Positions 27,688-37,258 of a stretch of DNA of 64,000 nucleotides are shown here, piece after piece (position 1 is the first letter of the stretch; each line of letters begins with the position of its first letter). The notes below the pieces were generated by a model, which worked only from the letters and a program-made list of their open reading frames with translations, was not told the DNA's origin and did not search any database. Where the stretch lies: the NCBI GenBank assembly GCA_049644605.1, contig JBARSF010000007.1:5164-69163 (forward strand), written 5' to 3'. A program made the position numbers and the translations under genes. The DNA comes from Anaerolineales bacterium. GTDB lineage: Bacteria; Chloroflexota; Anaerolineae; Anaerolineales; UBA11858.

Positions 27688-28749
27688 ATGATTTTGAACA
27701 ATCCCAGGGAATCAGAAAAAACCACAGAACAGCTTAAAGAAAGCTTGGACCAGAAGGTAAAGCAAGCTGAATTGAAGCTGGACGGTGTTTCAAAAAAAAT
27801 AAAACAAAGCCAGGCGGAAGTGGATAAACTCGCTCAGCGCAACGTAACAAATTCAACCAAGATCAGAAAAATAAAAGAAAATACAGAAGAATATACAGCC
27901 ATCGCTGTTCGAGATGCCTATGATGAATCCCTGGAGGCCCAGCAGCGATTGTTTGTGATGCGTGGGCAGATAGAAAAATTAAAAAGTGAGCAGGTTCATC
28001 TTCAGGATTTTATTATGCAGATGCAGGATATTAGCGGATTTTTAACTAGAACTCCGCTGCTTGAAGGTGGCGAGACTGAGTTAAACGCGGCCGAATTGAT
28101 TGAGTCAGTGATCCAGGCCCAGGAAGCCGAACGGCATCGCCTATCCAGTAAAATGCATGATGGGCCAGCCCAGGCTCTTTCGAATTTTATTCTTCAAGCT
28201 GAAATTGCCCAAAGGCTTTTTGACATGGATCTTGATCAAGCCCGGGAAGAATTGGATGAGTTGAAAGCAAATGCAAATGCAACTTTTACTAAAGTCCGGG
28301 ATTTTATTTTTGAACTCAGACCCATGATGCTTGATGATCTTGGATTAGTGCCAACGCTTCGGCACTATTTTGAAGCATTTAAAGAGCAAAATGAAATTGA
28401 AGTTAATTTCGCAGCGACTGGCACGGAGCGGAGGCTTGATGGGTATATGGAGATAATGATTTTCCGAGCTGTCCAGGAATTGGTGAGCAACGCAGCCAGG
28501 CACAGCAAAGCTAACATAATTAAGGTTCACATGGACACCGGTGAAGAACAAATTGTGATTGATGTAGAGGATGACGGAAAAGGATTTAATGTTGAGCAAG
28601 CCCTTGACGGCAGCATGGGAATCAAGGTCATTAAGGACCGGGTTGAAATTCTTAAAGGGGAATTTAATATCGATACTGCCATTGGCCAGGGAACCCGGAT
28701 AGGCTTCACGATTCCTACTGGCTCTGAAGGACAGGATGTCTTTGCATAA
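27688..28749 (+). CDS. cytoplasmic DegS-like sensor histidine kinase (coiled coil + HisKA_3 + HATPase_c)
   Basis: H-box ERHRLSSKMHDGPAQALSN, N-box ELVSNAARHS, G-box VEDDGKGF. No TM helix. Start moved to ATG 27688 (AGGAG RBS 7 nt upstream); the ORF track gives 27661. Confidence 0.8.
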   Translation: MILNNPRESEKTTEQLKESLDQKVKQAELKLDGVSKKIKQSQAEVDKLAQRNVTNSTKIRKIKENTEEYTAIAVRDAYDESLEAQQRLFVMRGQIEKLKSEQVHLQDFIMQMQDISGFLTRTPLLEGGETELNAAELIESVIQAQEAERHRLSSKMHDGPAQALSNFILQAEIAQRLFDMDLDQAREELDELKANANATFTKVRDFIFELRPMMLDDLGLVPTLRHYFEAFKEQNEIEVNFAATGTERRLDGYMEIMIFRAVQELVSNAARHSKANIIKVHMDTGEEQIVIDVEDDGKGFNVEQALDGSMGIKVIKDRVEILKGEFNIDTAIGQGTRIGFTIPTGSEGQDVFA

Positions 28750-28766
28750 TTGTAAGGAAAAGCTTA

Positions 28767-28795
28767 TTGCATTTTGAAAAATTGTTCTTTATAAT
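28767..28795 (+). promoter_or_regulatory. strong sigma-70-type promoter upstream of the Flp pilin gene
   Basis: TTGCAT (28767-28772) - 17 nt - TATAAT (28790-28795), about 65 nt upstream of the flp ATG. Confidence 0.55.
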
Positions 28796-28860
28796 GCCTA
28801 CTAACCCGAAAGGTTCGCATACACCTCGACGGAAATTCAAAAAAACAGGAGGTAAAAACC

Positions 28861-29007
28861 ATGTTATTCGCACCGAAAGAAAAAGGCCAAGGTCTCGTAG
28901 AGTATGCTCTAATTCTTGTTTTAGTTGCTGTCGTAGTGATTGTTATTCTCTCCCTGCTTGGCCCAGCCATTAGCAATATTTTCCAGAACATCGTTGACAA
29001 CATCTAA
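28861..29007 (+). CDS. flp: Flp/Fap-family type IVb prepilin (48 aa; below the ORF-track size cut-off)
   Basis: Hand translation: MLFAPKEKGQGLVEYALILVLVAVVVIVILSLLGPAISNIFQNIVDNI. Flp processing motif G/xxxxEY (G9|QGLVEY) is followed by a hydrophobic helix. RBS AGGAGG lies 8 nt upstream. It is the first gene of the tad operon. Confidence 0.85.
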   Translation: MLFAPKEKGQGLVEYALILVLVAVVVIVILSLLGPAISNIFQNIVDNI

Positions 29008-29061
29008 ACGAACCGCATAGGTTCTAGGCGAGTGACCGCCTCCATTGTCACATATGCTAAA

Positions 29062-29084
29062 CCCTACCGCCCGGTGGGGTTTTG
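29062..29084 (+). terminator. hairpin/attenuating terminator after flp
   Basis: CCCTACC (29062-29068) / loop GCCC / GGTGGGG (29073-29079), then TTTT. Terminators or attenuators after the pilin gene are typical of pilus operons. Confidence 0.5.
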
Positions 29085-29265
29085 CTTATATTTTAAAAAT
29101 AATTGATATTATTCGAATATAAACACCTGACAGGATTGAAAATAAAATTACTAGCCAACAAGAATATTTTCCGTTAAACTATGGTAGAGAGATTAACCAG
29201 CCTATTGAAATAATTTATGAGGTAAAATAAGGGTGGTTTGTTCAGGCAAGAGCTAGGAGGTTGAT

Positions 29266-30366
29266 ATGCGACGAGGAAGAGTATTTCTTTACTTGAGTTT
29301 GATCCTTGTTTTATTGGTTGTGGGGGGATATTTGCTTTACCAGAATTTCTTTAAAGGTGGGGGAGCTTCCCCAGAGGAAGCACAGGAAGTTGTACCTCCA
29401 GATACAGTACCCATAGTCATCATCGTCCAGAAAGCACCGCGGGGTACCGTGCTGGATGAAACAGTCCTGGGGTTAATTGACGTGCCTCGGAACTTGTATA
29501 TCTCAAGTATGTTTACTGACCTTACGCAAGTGGTTGGCAAACAAGCAAAATTTGATTTAGACAGCGGCATACCGCTAACAATAAATATGCTGGTGGATAC
29601 CGCTGCGCAGCTATCTGATGCCGGATCAGTTGCCTCTCTCTCTATCCCAGAAGGAATGGTGGCTAAATCTATTCCGATCAGCAGATTGGCAAGTGTATCT
29701 TACGCCCTGAGACCAGGTGATCGCGTGGTGGTTATAGCGTCCATGCAGTTCATTGATTTGGATTCAGAGTTTCAAACTAAATTACCAAATAATACCGCGC
29801 TCGTATATGGGTCAAGTATATCTTTAGGCGAAGGACCTTCACGACTAACCTCCGAGATATCGCCAGCAGGCGGTACATACGGCAGAGCTGAGAGGGATAC
29901 CGATTTACCGGAGGAAAAGATCTACGTTGTGCCCTCAGAAAAACAGCGGCCTCGTTTGGCTACGCAGATAATTATTCCTAGTGCAACTGTATTGCACATT
30001 GGTAATTTCAGTTATGAAGATACCGGACTACCTGCCGGAGCAGTTCCACCAACCCCAACACCGATTCCTCCCGAAGGAGAAGTTGCTGCACCAGCACCGG
30101 TTGAAAAACCGCCAGATAACATCACGCTGATTATTACTCCACAGGAAGCTGTCAATCTCACGTATTTAATAGAAAGTGGAGTTGATATCACGTTGGCATT
30201 ACGGTCGGCAGGAGACAGCACAGTAATTGACACGGAGACCGCAACAATGCAGTATTTCCTGGATGATTACTCAATTCCACTCCCGGCGAAACTGCCATAT
30301 GGATTAGCCCCTAGAGTTGATGGGGCGACTGCTCCCAGTGCAGCTGCGCCTCAACCAGCTCCTTGA
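29266..30366 (+). CDS. cpaB: Flp pilus assembly protein CpaB/RcpC-like (SAF domain), with Pro-rich insert
   Basis: N-terminal TM helix (VFLYLSLILVLLVVGGYLLY), SAF-like segment VPIVIIVQKAPRGTVLDETVL, RBS AGGAGG, and position in the tad operon. Confidence 0.7.
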   Translation: MRRGRVFLYLSLILVLLVVGGYLLYQNFFKGGGASPEEAQEVVPPDTVPIVIIVQKAPRGTVLDETVLGLIDVPRNLYISSMFTDLTQVVGKQAKFDLDSGIPLTINMLVDTAAQLSDAGSVASLSIPEGMVAKSIPISRLASVSYALRPGDRVVVIASMQFIDLDSEFQTKLPNNTALVYGSSISLGEGPSRLTSEISPAGGTYGRAERDTDLPEEKIYVVPSEKQRPRLATQIIIPSATVLHIGNFSYEDTGLPAGAVPPTPTPIPPEGEVAAPAPVEKPPDNITLIITPQEAVNLTYLIESGVDITLALRSAGDSTVIDTETATMQYFLDDYSIPLPAKLPYGLAPRVDGATAPSAAAPQPAP

Positions 30367-30402
30367 TGAAATAAAAATTAACGATTTGCGATAAGTGACA
30401 AT

Positions 30403-31635
30403 ATGACCGATCAAGAATTTAACGTCCTAATTGTTGACGATGATGCTGAAACCCGGAAGAATGTAGCCAGGCTTTTGCAATTCGAGAATGATATTAATGT
30501 CGTTGGCACAGCCCGGACAGGGAAAGATGCTATCAAGCAAACCATTTCCCTGGATCCTGATGTTGTGTTGATGGATATCAACATGCCGGACATGGATGGC
30601 ATTGAAGCCACAGAGTTAATACAGGAACAAGCTCCTGTCTCGCAAATCGTGATTTTGTCAGTCCAAGGGGATACAAATTACATGCGAAGAGCTATGCTTG
30701 CCGGAGCTAGGGATTTCTTAACCAAGCCCCCAAAGGGTGATGAGCTGGTTACTGTCATCCGTAGAGCAGGGCAAAAAGCAAAGGAAAAGCGCCAGGAATC
30801 AATCTATGGGGGGAGAGGTACTGGCACTCTCTCTGATCCTCGCGGAACCACAATCCAATTATCGGGGTTAGGGAAAATAATTACTGTATATAGCCCAAAA
30901 GGTGGAGTTGGAAAAACAACGGTAGCAACAAACCTGGCAGTTGCGCTTCACAGCCAGGAAACACCTGTGATAATTGTCGACGCAAATCTTCAATTTGGAG
31001 ATGTGGTTGTTTTCCTCAACGAAAGGGGGCGAAACTCTATAATTGACCTTACACCGCATGCCGAGCAGCTTGATACAGAGCTTGTTGAAGACGTGGTTAT
31101 CCATCATAAACAATCTGGAATAGATATCCTGTCTGCCCCTCCTCATCCCGAGGATGCCGAAAGGGTTACTGGATCACAATTGGTTAAGGTTTTACAATTC
31201 CTTGCCAGGCTGTACGCCTATGTAATTGTGGATACTGACTCTGGGCTATCAGATGTGACATTGGATACCTTGGACGCCAGTGATTTATTGGTGGTGATAT
31301 CTTCTCAGGATATTCCCTCAATAATCAATACCAGAATGATGTTAACTTTGCTGGGTACACTGGGTTTCCCGAAGCAAAAAATTCTCCTGGTAATGAACAG
31401 GTTTGACAAGCAAATTGCTATAACGCCTGAAAAAGTCAGTCAAAACCTCAATCATAAAGTTACGGCTGTCTTACCAGAAGATAAAGAGGTTGTTATCCCG
31501 GCTGTAAACCGGGGAGTTCCTTTTATGCTGAGCGACGGCAAAGCGAAAGAGATAGGGAAAAACATTCTGGAGCTCGTAGGAAAAATTCGTGAGGCTCTGT
31601 CAAAGCTTGAGCAGGAACAAATTAGTGAAAACTAA
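30403..31635 (+). CDS. cpaE: response-regulator receiver domain fused to CpaE/TadZ-type ParA/MinD ATPase
   Basis: REC motifs IVDDD, VLMDINMPDMDG, ILSVQG and FLTKP are all intact. Deviant Walker A SPKGGVGKTTVATNLA. Confidence 0.85.
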   Translation: MTDQEFNVLIVDDDAETRKNVARLLQFENDINVVGTARTGKDAIKQTISLDPDVVLMDINMPDMDGIEATELIQEQAPVSQIVILSVQGDTNYMRRAMLAGARDFLTKPPKGDELVTVIRRAGQKAKEKRQESIYGGRGTGTLSDPRGTTIQLSGLGKIITVYSPKGGVGKTTVATNLAVALHSQETPVIIVDANLQFGDVVVFLNERGRNSIIDLTPHAEQLDTELVEDVVIHHKQSGIDILSAPPHPEDAERVTGSQLVKVLQFLARLYAYVIVDTDSGLSDVTLDTLDASDLLVVISSQDIPSIINTRMMLTLLGTLGFPKQKILLVMNRFDKQIAITPEKVSQNLNHKVTAVLPEDKEVVIPAVNRGVPFMLSDGKAKEIGKNILELVGKIREALSKLEQEQISEN

Positions 31636-31677
31636 TTCCGATTTATTAATGCAGGAACTGTATACTGGGGCAAACAT

Positions 31678-33069
31678 ATGTCTTTACTAAAAAGAATTGA
31701 ACAAGGAAAAGGTACCGGCGAGGAAGAACCTTCCCTGGTGGGAGGTGGATCTCGACTCGGAACATTAGAAGCCCGGCGGGTTTCGCCTCCGCGAAAAGAT
31801 GCCCAGGATGAAACCTATGCTGATTTAAAAGTACGGGTCCAAAACAGGTTATTAGCCGAATTGGACCCCTCTATTGATGTCTCCGAGGTGGAAAAAGTCC
31901 GTGGTACAATCCGGGATTTATTTGAACAAATCCTGAATGAAGAAAGCATTGTACTTTCCAGACAGGAGAAGCATAGACTTTTTGAGCAGATTGCCGCTGA
32001 AATTCTGGGATTTGGGCCTTTGCAACCTCTCCTGGAAGACAACGATATAACCGAAGTAATGGTTAATGGGGCAAAGAGTGTTTATTTCGAAAAAGCGGGA
32101 AAGATCAATCGAGCGCCGATCATTTTTGAAAGCGATGAGCACGTGATGCGGATAATTGATCGTATCGTTGCACCGCTGGGTAGAAGGATTGACGAATCCA
32201 GCCCGTATGTGGATGCCCGACTACCTGACGGCTCCCGTGTAAACGCTGTAATTCCCCCTATCTCATTAATAGGCCCTTGCCTAACAATCCGTAAATTTGC
32301 CAAAGATCCTTTCACAGTTGAGCAGCTGATTGATTTTGGAACCGTAACTCCTGGCGCCGTGTTATTTATGGAAGCTGCAGTAAAAGCAAGGTTTAATATC
32401 ATCATTTCGGGTGGTACTGGTTCAGGAAAAACTACCCTGTTAAACGTTTTATCTCAGTTTATTCCGAATGATGAGCGAATAATTACTATTGAAAACGCAG
32501 CTGAACTGCAGATGCGCCAGGATCATGTAGTCACACTGGAATCGCGCCCGCCGAATATTGAAGGTAGGGGTGAAGTGACAATTCGGCAGCTGGTAATTAA
32601 TACGCTCCGTATGCGGCCTGATCGCATCATCGTCGGCGAGATTCGTGGCGAAGAATCTCTGGACATGCTTCAAGCCATGAATACCGGGCATGATGGATCC
32701 CTCACGACTGCTCACTCTAACGCGCCCCGGGACACTCTCTCAAGAGTTGAAACGATGGCATTAATGGCCGGCATGGACCTGCCAGTCCGGGCTATCAGAG
32801 AACAGATATCCTCAGCGATTGATTTGGTCATTCACCAGAACCGAATGCAAGATGGCACGAGAAAAATAGTCAGTATTACAGAAGTAGTTGGAATGGAAGG
32901 TGATGTAATCACCATGCAGGATATCTTCAGATTTGAACAAACTGCGATTGAAGATGGAAAGGTACTGGGTGAATTAATTCCAACTGGGCTAAGGCCTAAA
33001 TATATGGATAAGATTGAAGGTGCTGGAATTCACCTGCCTCCTTCCATTTTTGCGATAAAAAGAGGATAA
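31678..33069 (+). CDS. cpaF: Tad pilus secretion ATPase CpaF/TadA
   Basis: Walker [15 protein letters not shown], Walker B/Asp box [11 protein letters not shown], His box [12 protein letters not shown]. Confidence 0.9.
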   Translation: MSLLKRIEQGKGTGEEEPSLVGGGSRLGTLEARRVSPPRKDAQDETYADLKVRVQNRLLAELDPSIDVSEVEKVRGTIRDLFEQILNEESIVLSRQEKHRLFEQIAAEILGFGPLQPLLEDNDITEVMVNGAKSVYFEKAGKINRAPIIFESDEHVMRIIDRIVAPLGRRIDESSPYVDARLPDGSRVNAVIPPISLIGPCLTIRKFAKDPFTVEQLIDFGTVTPGAVLFMEAAVKARFNIIISGGTGSGKTTLLNVLSQFIPNDERIITIENAAELQMRQDHVVTLESRPPNIEGRGEVTIRQLVINTLRMRPDRIIVGEIRGEESLDMLQAMNTGHDGSLTTAHSNAPRDTLSRVETMALMAGMDLPVRAIREQISSAIDLVIHQNRMQDGTRKIVSITEVVGMEGDVITMQDIFRFEQTAIEDGKVLGELIPTGLRPKYMDKIEGAGIHLPPSIFAIKRG

Positions 33070-33106
33070 TTACAATTAACCAGATCTGCGGTTGAGGCTG
33101 ATCTTC

Positions 33107-34072
33107 ATGATACCAATAATAATTATCGGCGGCGGAATAGCAGTGGTCTTGCTTGTGATTGGTGTAGTGATCACAGTTAGAGAAGAACAATCTGTTCTTG
33201 ATGATCGTTTCTCCCATTATGTAGAAGAAGAATTTGAAGATGCAGTAATACTCGCTGAAGAGCAAAAGACATCAGCGCTTGCTGAATGGTTCGATAAACA
33301 GCTGGAGGGGTCAAAATTTGGAGATCGGATCGCTACAAATTTAGCCCAAGCAGACATGAAATTAAGACCAGCTGAATATGTTGCGTCCATGGTGATTGCT
33401 TCTTTCTTATTGGCATTTTTCGCCTGGGCGGTGGGGGGGCAAAATATCGTCTCAGCCTTGATAGGCGGTATTTTAGGGGCTATGATGCCTCGGTTTTATA
33501 TGCGTAGGCAGCAAAATAAGCGTCTGGTTACTTTTGGGAATCAGCTGCCAGACATGTTGAATCTGGTTGTAAATGGGTTAAGGGCGGGATATTCGACTAT
33601 GCAAGCACTGGAAGCCGTTAGTAAAGAATTACCTCCACCGCTCTCTGAGGAATTTAATCGTGTTGTAAAAGAGATGCAGTTAGGTATTGGAATGGAAGAC
33701 TCGCTAAATAACTTGCACAGGCGGATTCCCAGTGACGATCTTGACTTAATTATCACGGCAATCAATGTTCAACGTGAGGTGGGTGGAAACCTGGCAGAAA
33801 TTCTTGACACAATTTCTTATACAATTCGAGAGCGGATAAAGATTGCTGGTGAAATCAAAGTCCTTGTGTCCCAGGTGATGTATTCAGGCAGATTCCTGGC
33901 GTTATTGCCATTGATCCTATCAGGTATTTTATGGTTTGCCAATCGTGAATATTTGCTGGAATTCTTTGCGCCGGGAAACCTTCTTTGCGGTGGAATTATG
34001 TTGGGGATCGCAGCAATTATGGTCATTGCCGGTTACATATCGATGAATAAACTGGCGGATATCGAGATTTAA
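33107..34072 (+). CDS. tadB: Tad pilus inner-membrane platform protein TadB (T2SS-F family)
   Basis: T2SSF-domain sequence (LPDMLNLVVNGLRAGYSTMQALEAV...) with TM helices at both ends. ATG 33107 (GAGG 8 nt upstream) is preferred over the TTG at 33092 in the ORF track. Confidence 0.8.
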   Translation: MIPIIIIGGGIAVVLLVIGVVITVREEQSVLDDRFSHYVEEEFEDAVILAEEQKTSALAEWFDKQLEGSKFGDRIATNLAQADMKLRPAEYVASMVIASFLLAFFAWAVGGQNIVSALIGGILGAMMPRFYMRRQQNKRLVTFGNQLPDMLNLVVNGLRAGYSTMQALEAVSKELPPPLSEEFNRVVKEMQLGIGMEDSLNNLHRRIPSDDLDLIITAINVQREVGGNLAEILDTISYTIRERIKIAGEIKVLVSQVMYSGRFLALLPLILSGILWFANREYLLEFFAPGNLLCGGIMLGIAAIMVIAGYISMNKLADIEI

Positions 34073-34092
34073 TAAAGACCGGAGTGGAAAGT

Positions 34093-35040
34093 ATGAATAT
34101 TTATATTTGGATATTTCTCGGAATAATTGTAACCCTTGCTGTAATTCTGGTGATTGTTGGATTGAGAAGCCGGCAAGAGGAAACACCATTTGATGAACGA
34201 TTAAATGAATACATATCAAGGGGTGAAGAGGTCACACTTGAAGAAATCGAATTATCACAACCCATCACAGAAAGAGTCATTGTACCCATTATCCAAAAAA
34301 TCGGTGAGATTACTGAGCGGTTTACACCGCAAAATGCAATCGAACAAACAGAAAAGAAATTGGAATTGGCTGGAAATCCTCCCGGAATTGATCCTACAAT
34401 CTTTTGGGCATCCAGATTTATTGCGGCAATCGGCGTGGGAGGAATTTTGCTTCTTGTTTTCTCAATGGGTTCTATCGACTGGACTTGGGGAAGAAAACTG
34501 CTTTTGACGGGCGTTTTTTCAATCATCGGATTCTACATGCCGCAGCTTCTTCTTCAAAGCAAGATCACTACCAGACAGGACACCATAAGAAAATCAATGC
34601 CGGATGCACTGGATTTGCTGACCATTTGTGTTCAGGCTGGGTTGGGATTCGATGCAGCCTTATCCCGTGTTGCTGAAAAGTGGGAAGATGCTCTTGCTGA
34701 TGAATTTAATAGATGCTTAAGAGAAATTCAGCTTGGTAATGTCAGAAGGGTTGCATTAAGGAATATGGCAGACCGTATTGGGATTGCTGAAATGACAAGT
34801 TTTGTAGCAGCGATTATCCAATCTGAACAACTCGGTGTGAGCATGGCAAAAGTCCTCAGCATCCAATCTGACCAAATGAGAGTAAGGCGCAGACAAATTG
34901 CAGAGGAAAAAGCCCAGCAAGCGCCTATTAAGATGCTATTTCCAATGGCATTATTGATATTTCCCTCCATTCTTATAATTCTTCTAGGCCCGGCTGGTTT
35001 GCAGCTGAAAAACTCAGCTTTATCTGGCATGTTTGGCTAA
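34093..35040 (+). CDS. tadC: Tad pilus inner-membrane platform protein TadC (T2SS-F family)
   Basis: T2SSF-domain sequence (MPDALDLLTICVQAGLGFDAALSRV...). ATG 34093 (GGAG 8 nt upstream) is preferred over the GTG at 34084. Confidence 0.8.
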   Translation: MNIYIWIFLGIIVTLAVILVIVGLRSRQEETPFDERLNEYISRGEEVTLEEIELSQPITERVIVPIIQKIGEITERFTPQNAIEQTEKKLELAGNPPGIDPTIFWASRFIAAIGVGGILLLVFSMGSIDWTWGRKLLLTGVFSIIGFYMPQLLLQSKITTRQDTIRKSMPDALDLLTICVQAGLGFDAALSRVAEKWEDALADEFNRCLREIQLGNVRRVALRNMADRIGIAEMTSFVAAIIQSEQLGVSMAKVLSIQSDQMRVRRRQIAEEKAQQAPIKMLFPMALLIFPSILIILLGPAGLQLKNSALSGMFG

Positions 35041-35110
35041 CGAAGATTAACCTTTTTTGCTTTATAGTATATCGAGACTATCCGCTGGTGATATATCAGG
35101 AGAATCCGGC

Positions 35111-35821
35111 ATGCGGACTCGAATTTTCACTCACGGGTGGGATTTGCTGGATATCTTTTTTCCCCCCAGATGCGCAGGATGTGATAAGTGGGGAGAACGC
35201 TATTGTACATCATGTCAAGAAAAAACGCATAAAATCAATTCTTCAATGTGCCAGGTATGTGGTGAGCCTGGTATTAACAGCTCGTTAAGTACCTGCCAAC
35301 GCTGCCAGAATTCCCCACCTCTGTATTCTGCCTTACGGTCCTGGGCATACTTTGAGGGACCACTCCAGAAAGCTATCCATCAATTAAAATATAAAAGAAA
35401 CCTGGGCTTAGCTAACACACTGGCTCAGCCCTTGATCGAATTGTTTCGAAGCATAAAATGGGAGATTGATCTGGTTTCAGCAATACCTCTAGACCGAGCC
35501 AGGAAAAGAGAGCGTGGATACAATCAATCCTTGCTTATTGCCCGCCCATTAGCATGGGAAACTAGATTGCCGCTTGAGATCTCAGCTGTTAAACGGATCA
35601 GAAACACTCGATCGCAGGTAGGGTTAACTCTTAATGAGAGGAAAACAAACGTCCAGGACGCGTTTCGAGCGGATTCTGGTCGTGTTTGGGGAAAATCGGT
35701 TTTGCTTATCGATGATGTTGCAACAACCGGAGCAACACTAAATTCATGCGCAGCTGCATTGAGAGATGCCGGCGCAACAAACGTTTATGGGCTAACGCTT
35801 GCAAGGTCTATGCACTACTGA
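35111..35821 (+). CDS. comF: ComF-family protein (ComFC/GntX-type phosphoribosyltransferase-domain protein)
   Basis: N-terminal zinc-finger Cys pairs (PPRCAGC...CTSC, CQVC...CQRC) and PRTase motif VLLIDDVATTGATL. ATG 35111 with an AGGAG RBS. Confidence 0.8.
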   Translation: MRTRIFTHGWDLLDIFFPPRCAGCDKWGERYCTSCQEKTHKINSSMCQVCGEPGINSSLSTCQRCQNSPPLYSALRSWAYFEGPLQKAIHQLKYKRNLGLANTLAQPLIELFRSIKWEIDLVSAIPLDRARKRERGYNQSLLIARPLAWETRLPLEISAVKRIRNTRSQVGLTLNERKTNVQDAFRADSGRVWGKSVLLIDDVATTGATLNSCAAALRDAGATNVYGLTLARSMHY

Positions 35822-35858
35822 TTAATATTGGTGTTAAAATTATGATGAGGAGGTAGAA

Positions 35859-36410
35859 ATGACAATTGAAGTTCATATTTTTAGCCGTAATTTCGAAGTA
35901 ACGAAGAATTTAAATGATCAGATACAAAGAAAGGTATCTGGACTGGATCGGTATCTTGAAGATATTGTTGAAGCCAGAGTTGATTTGGCGTCAACAAATG
36001 CTCGAAGTGCCGATGAACGGGAAGTGGTCCAGATCACAGTCCAGGGAAAGGGATTTATATTAAGAGCTGAAGAACGGTCATCCGATATTGTAAATGCATT
36101 GAACACAGCTGTAGATACCTTGCAACGAAGGATAAAGAGGTTTAAAGGGAAAAGGAGCCAGCGTTGGAAGCAAGGTGTAGATCTCATGGAAGAGATTGAT
36201 GACGAGACCGATGAACTTGATAAACCGGTGATAGCTAGAATAAAAAAATTCTCACTTCGTCCGATGAGTGAATGGGAGGCGATTGAGCAGATGGAATTAT
36301 TGGGCCATAATAATTTCTTTGTTTTTTATAACGCTCAAACGGAAGCCATAAATGTACTGTATAAAAGACATGATAAGACATTTGGGTTGATCCAGCCGGA
36401 AATTGGATAA
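35859..36410 (+). CDS. hpf: ribosome hibernation promoting factor (long form)
   Basis: N-terminal RaiA/S30AE fold (MTIEVHIFSRNFEVTKNLNDQIQRKV) plus a C-terminal dimerisation domain (FFVFYNAQTEAINVLYKRHDKTFGLIQPE). Confidence 0.9.
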   Translation: MTIEVHIFSRNFEVTKNLNDQIQRKVSGLDRYLEDIVEARVDLASTNARSADEREVVQITVQGKGFILRAEERSSDIVNALNTAVDTLQRRIKRFKGKRSQRWKQGVDLMEEIDDETDELDKPVIARIKKFSLRPMSEWEAIEQMELLGHNNFFVFYNAQTEAINVLYKRHDKTFGLIQPEIG

Positions 36411-36431
36411 AGCACTGAAAGGAGTTTAAAA

Positions 36432-36461
36432 AAGCGGAGGGATAAACCTTCGCTTTTTTTT
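36432..36461 (+). terminator. rho-independent terminator after hpf
   Basis: AGCGGAGG (36432-36439) / loop GATAAA / CCTTCGCT (36446-36453), followed by T8. Confidence 0.7.
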
Positions 36462-36543
36462 ATTTCTATTCAATCCGGATGAAGGGGATTGAGAAGGAAT
36501 AATAAATTGGAAACTGCCGAAATTGGTAATGATTTAATATAGC

Positions 36544-36572
36544 TTGACTATTGGATATGTCTGGTCTAGACT
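36544..36572 (+). promoter_or_regulatory. candidate promoter for folE
   Basis: TTGACT (36544-36549) - 17 nt - TAGACT (36567-36572). Confidence 0.4.
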
Positions 36573-36613
36573 AATATACATGGATATAACTATACAAAAG
36601 AGAGGGCTCTTCT

Positions 36614-37246
36614 ATGCATGAAGATAAAGAAATTCTTGAACGAATAGCCGGGCTATTTTCCGGAGACATCGACCATGATCGTATTGTTGAAGCAGTTCAC
36701 GCTACTCTAGTAGCAGTAGGGGAGGATCCAAACCGGGAAGGGTTACAACGAACCCCGGAGAGAGTAGCAAAGGCCTACGGAGAGTTATTAGGCGGTTATA
36801 GGACAGATCCAATCGAGCTATTAAATGATGCGATATTTGAAGTGTCTTATGACGAGATGGTGATTGTCAGGGATATTGAATTTTACAGCTTGTGTGAACA
36901 CCATATGCTGCCCTTTATTGGACGCGCCCATGTCGCATATCTACCGAAAGGGAAAGTTATTGGATTATCAAAGATTCCTCGTATAGTGGATTTGTTCGCT
37001 AAAAGGCTGCAGGTACAGGAACGTATGACCCGGCAAATAGCTGAGTTGATCGATGAGTTATTACATCCGAAAGGGGTTGCTGTTGTAGTAGAGGGTATTC
37101 ACCTTTGTTCTGTGATGCGGGGTGTAAAAAAACATGATGCCAGAATGACAACATCTTCAATGTCTGGCGCATTTAGAACTAATCTCCCAACCAGGCAGGA
37201 ATTTCTGGATAATATCTCTCGAGGAGCAACGCCACTGAAATTTTAG
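36614..37246 (+). CDS. folE: GTP cyclohydrolase I
   Basis: Family motifs [22 protein letters not shown] and [13 protein letters not shown]. Confidence 0.9.
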   Translation: MHEDKEILERIAGLFSGDIDHDRIVEAVHATLVAVGEDPNREGLQRTPERVAKAYGELLGGYRTDPIELLNDAIFEVSYDEMVIVRDIEFYSLCEHHMLPFIGRAHVAYLPKGKVIGLSKIPRIVDLFAKRLQVQERMTRQIAELIDELLHPKGVAVVVEGIHLCSVMRGVKKHDARMTTSSMSGAFRTNLPTRQEFLDNISRGATPLKF

Positions 37247-37258
37247 GATAGAGAATGG

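Noticed and set aside
28764-29003. ORF-track entries 28764-29003(-) and 28767-28973(+), overlapping the flp region
   Set aside because: Their compositions are implausible (Arg/Cys/Ser-rich) and they have no RBS. The region is fully explained by a promoter, 5' UTR and a 48-aa Flp pilin ORF with a consensus processing motif.
34101-34526. 141-aa - strand ORF antisense to tadC, and similar antisense ORFs in cpaF, tadB and copA
   Set aside because: All lie inside well-supported sense genes of an operon, and none carries a recognisable motif or translation signal.
36462-36613. A possible THF or other riboswitch in the folE leader
   Set aside because: I could identify only a promoter-like TTGACT-17-TAGACT and a short leader. 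I recognised no conserved riboswitch core, though this cannot be excluded without a covariance-model scan.
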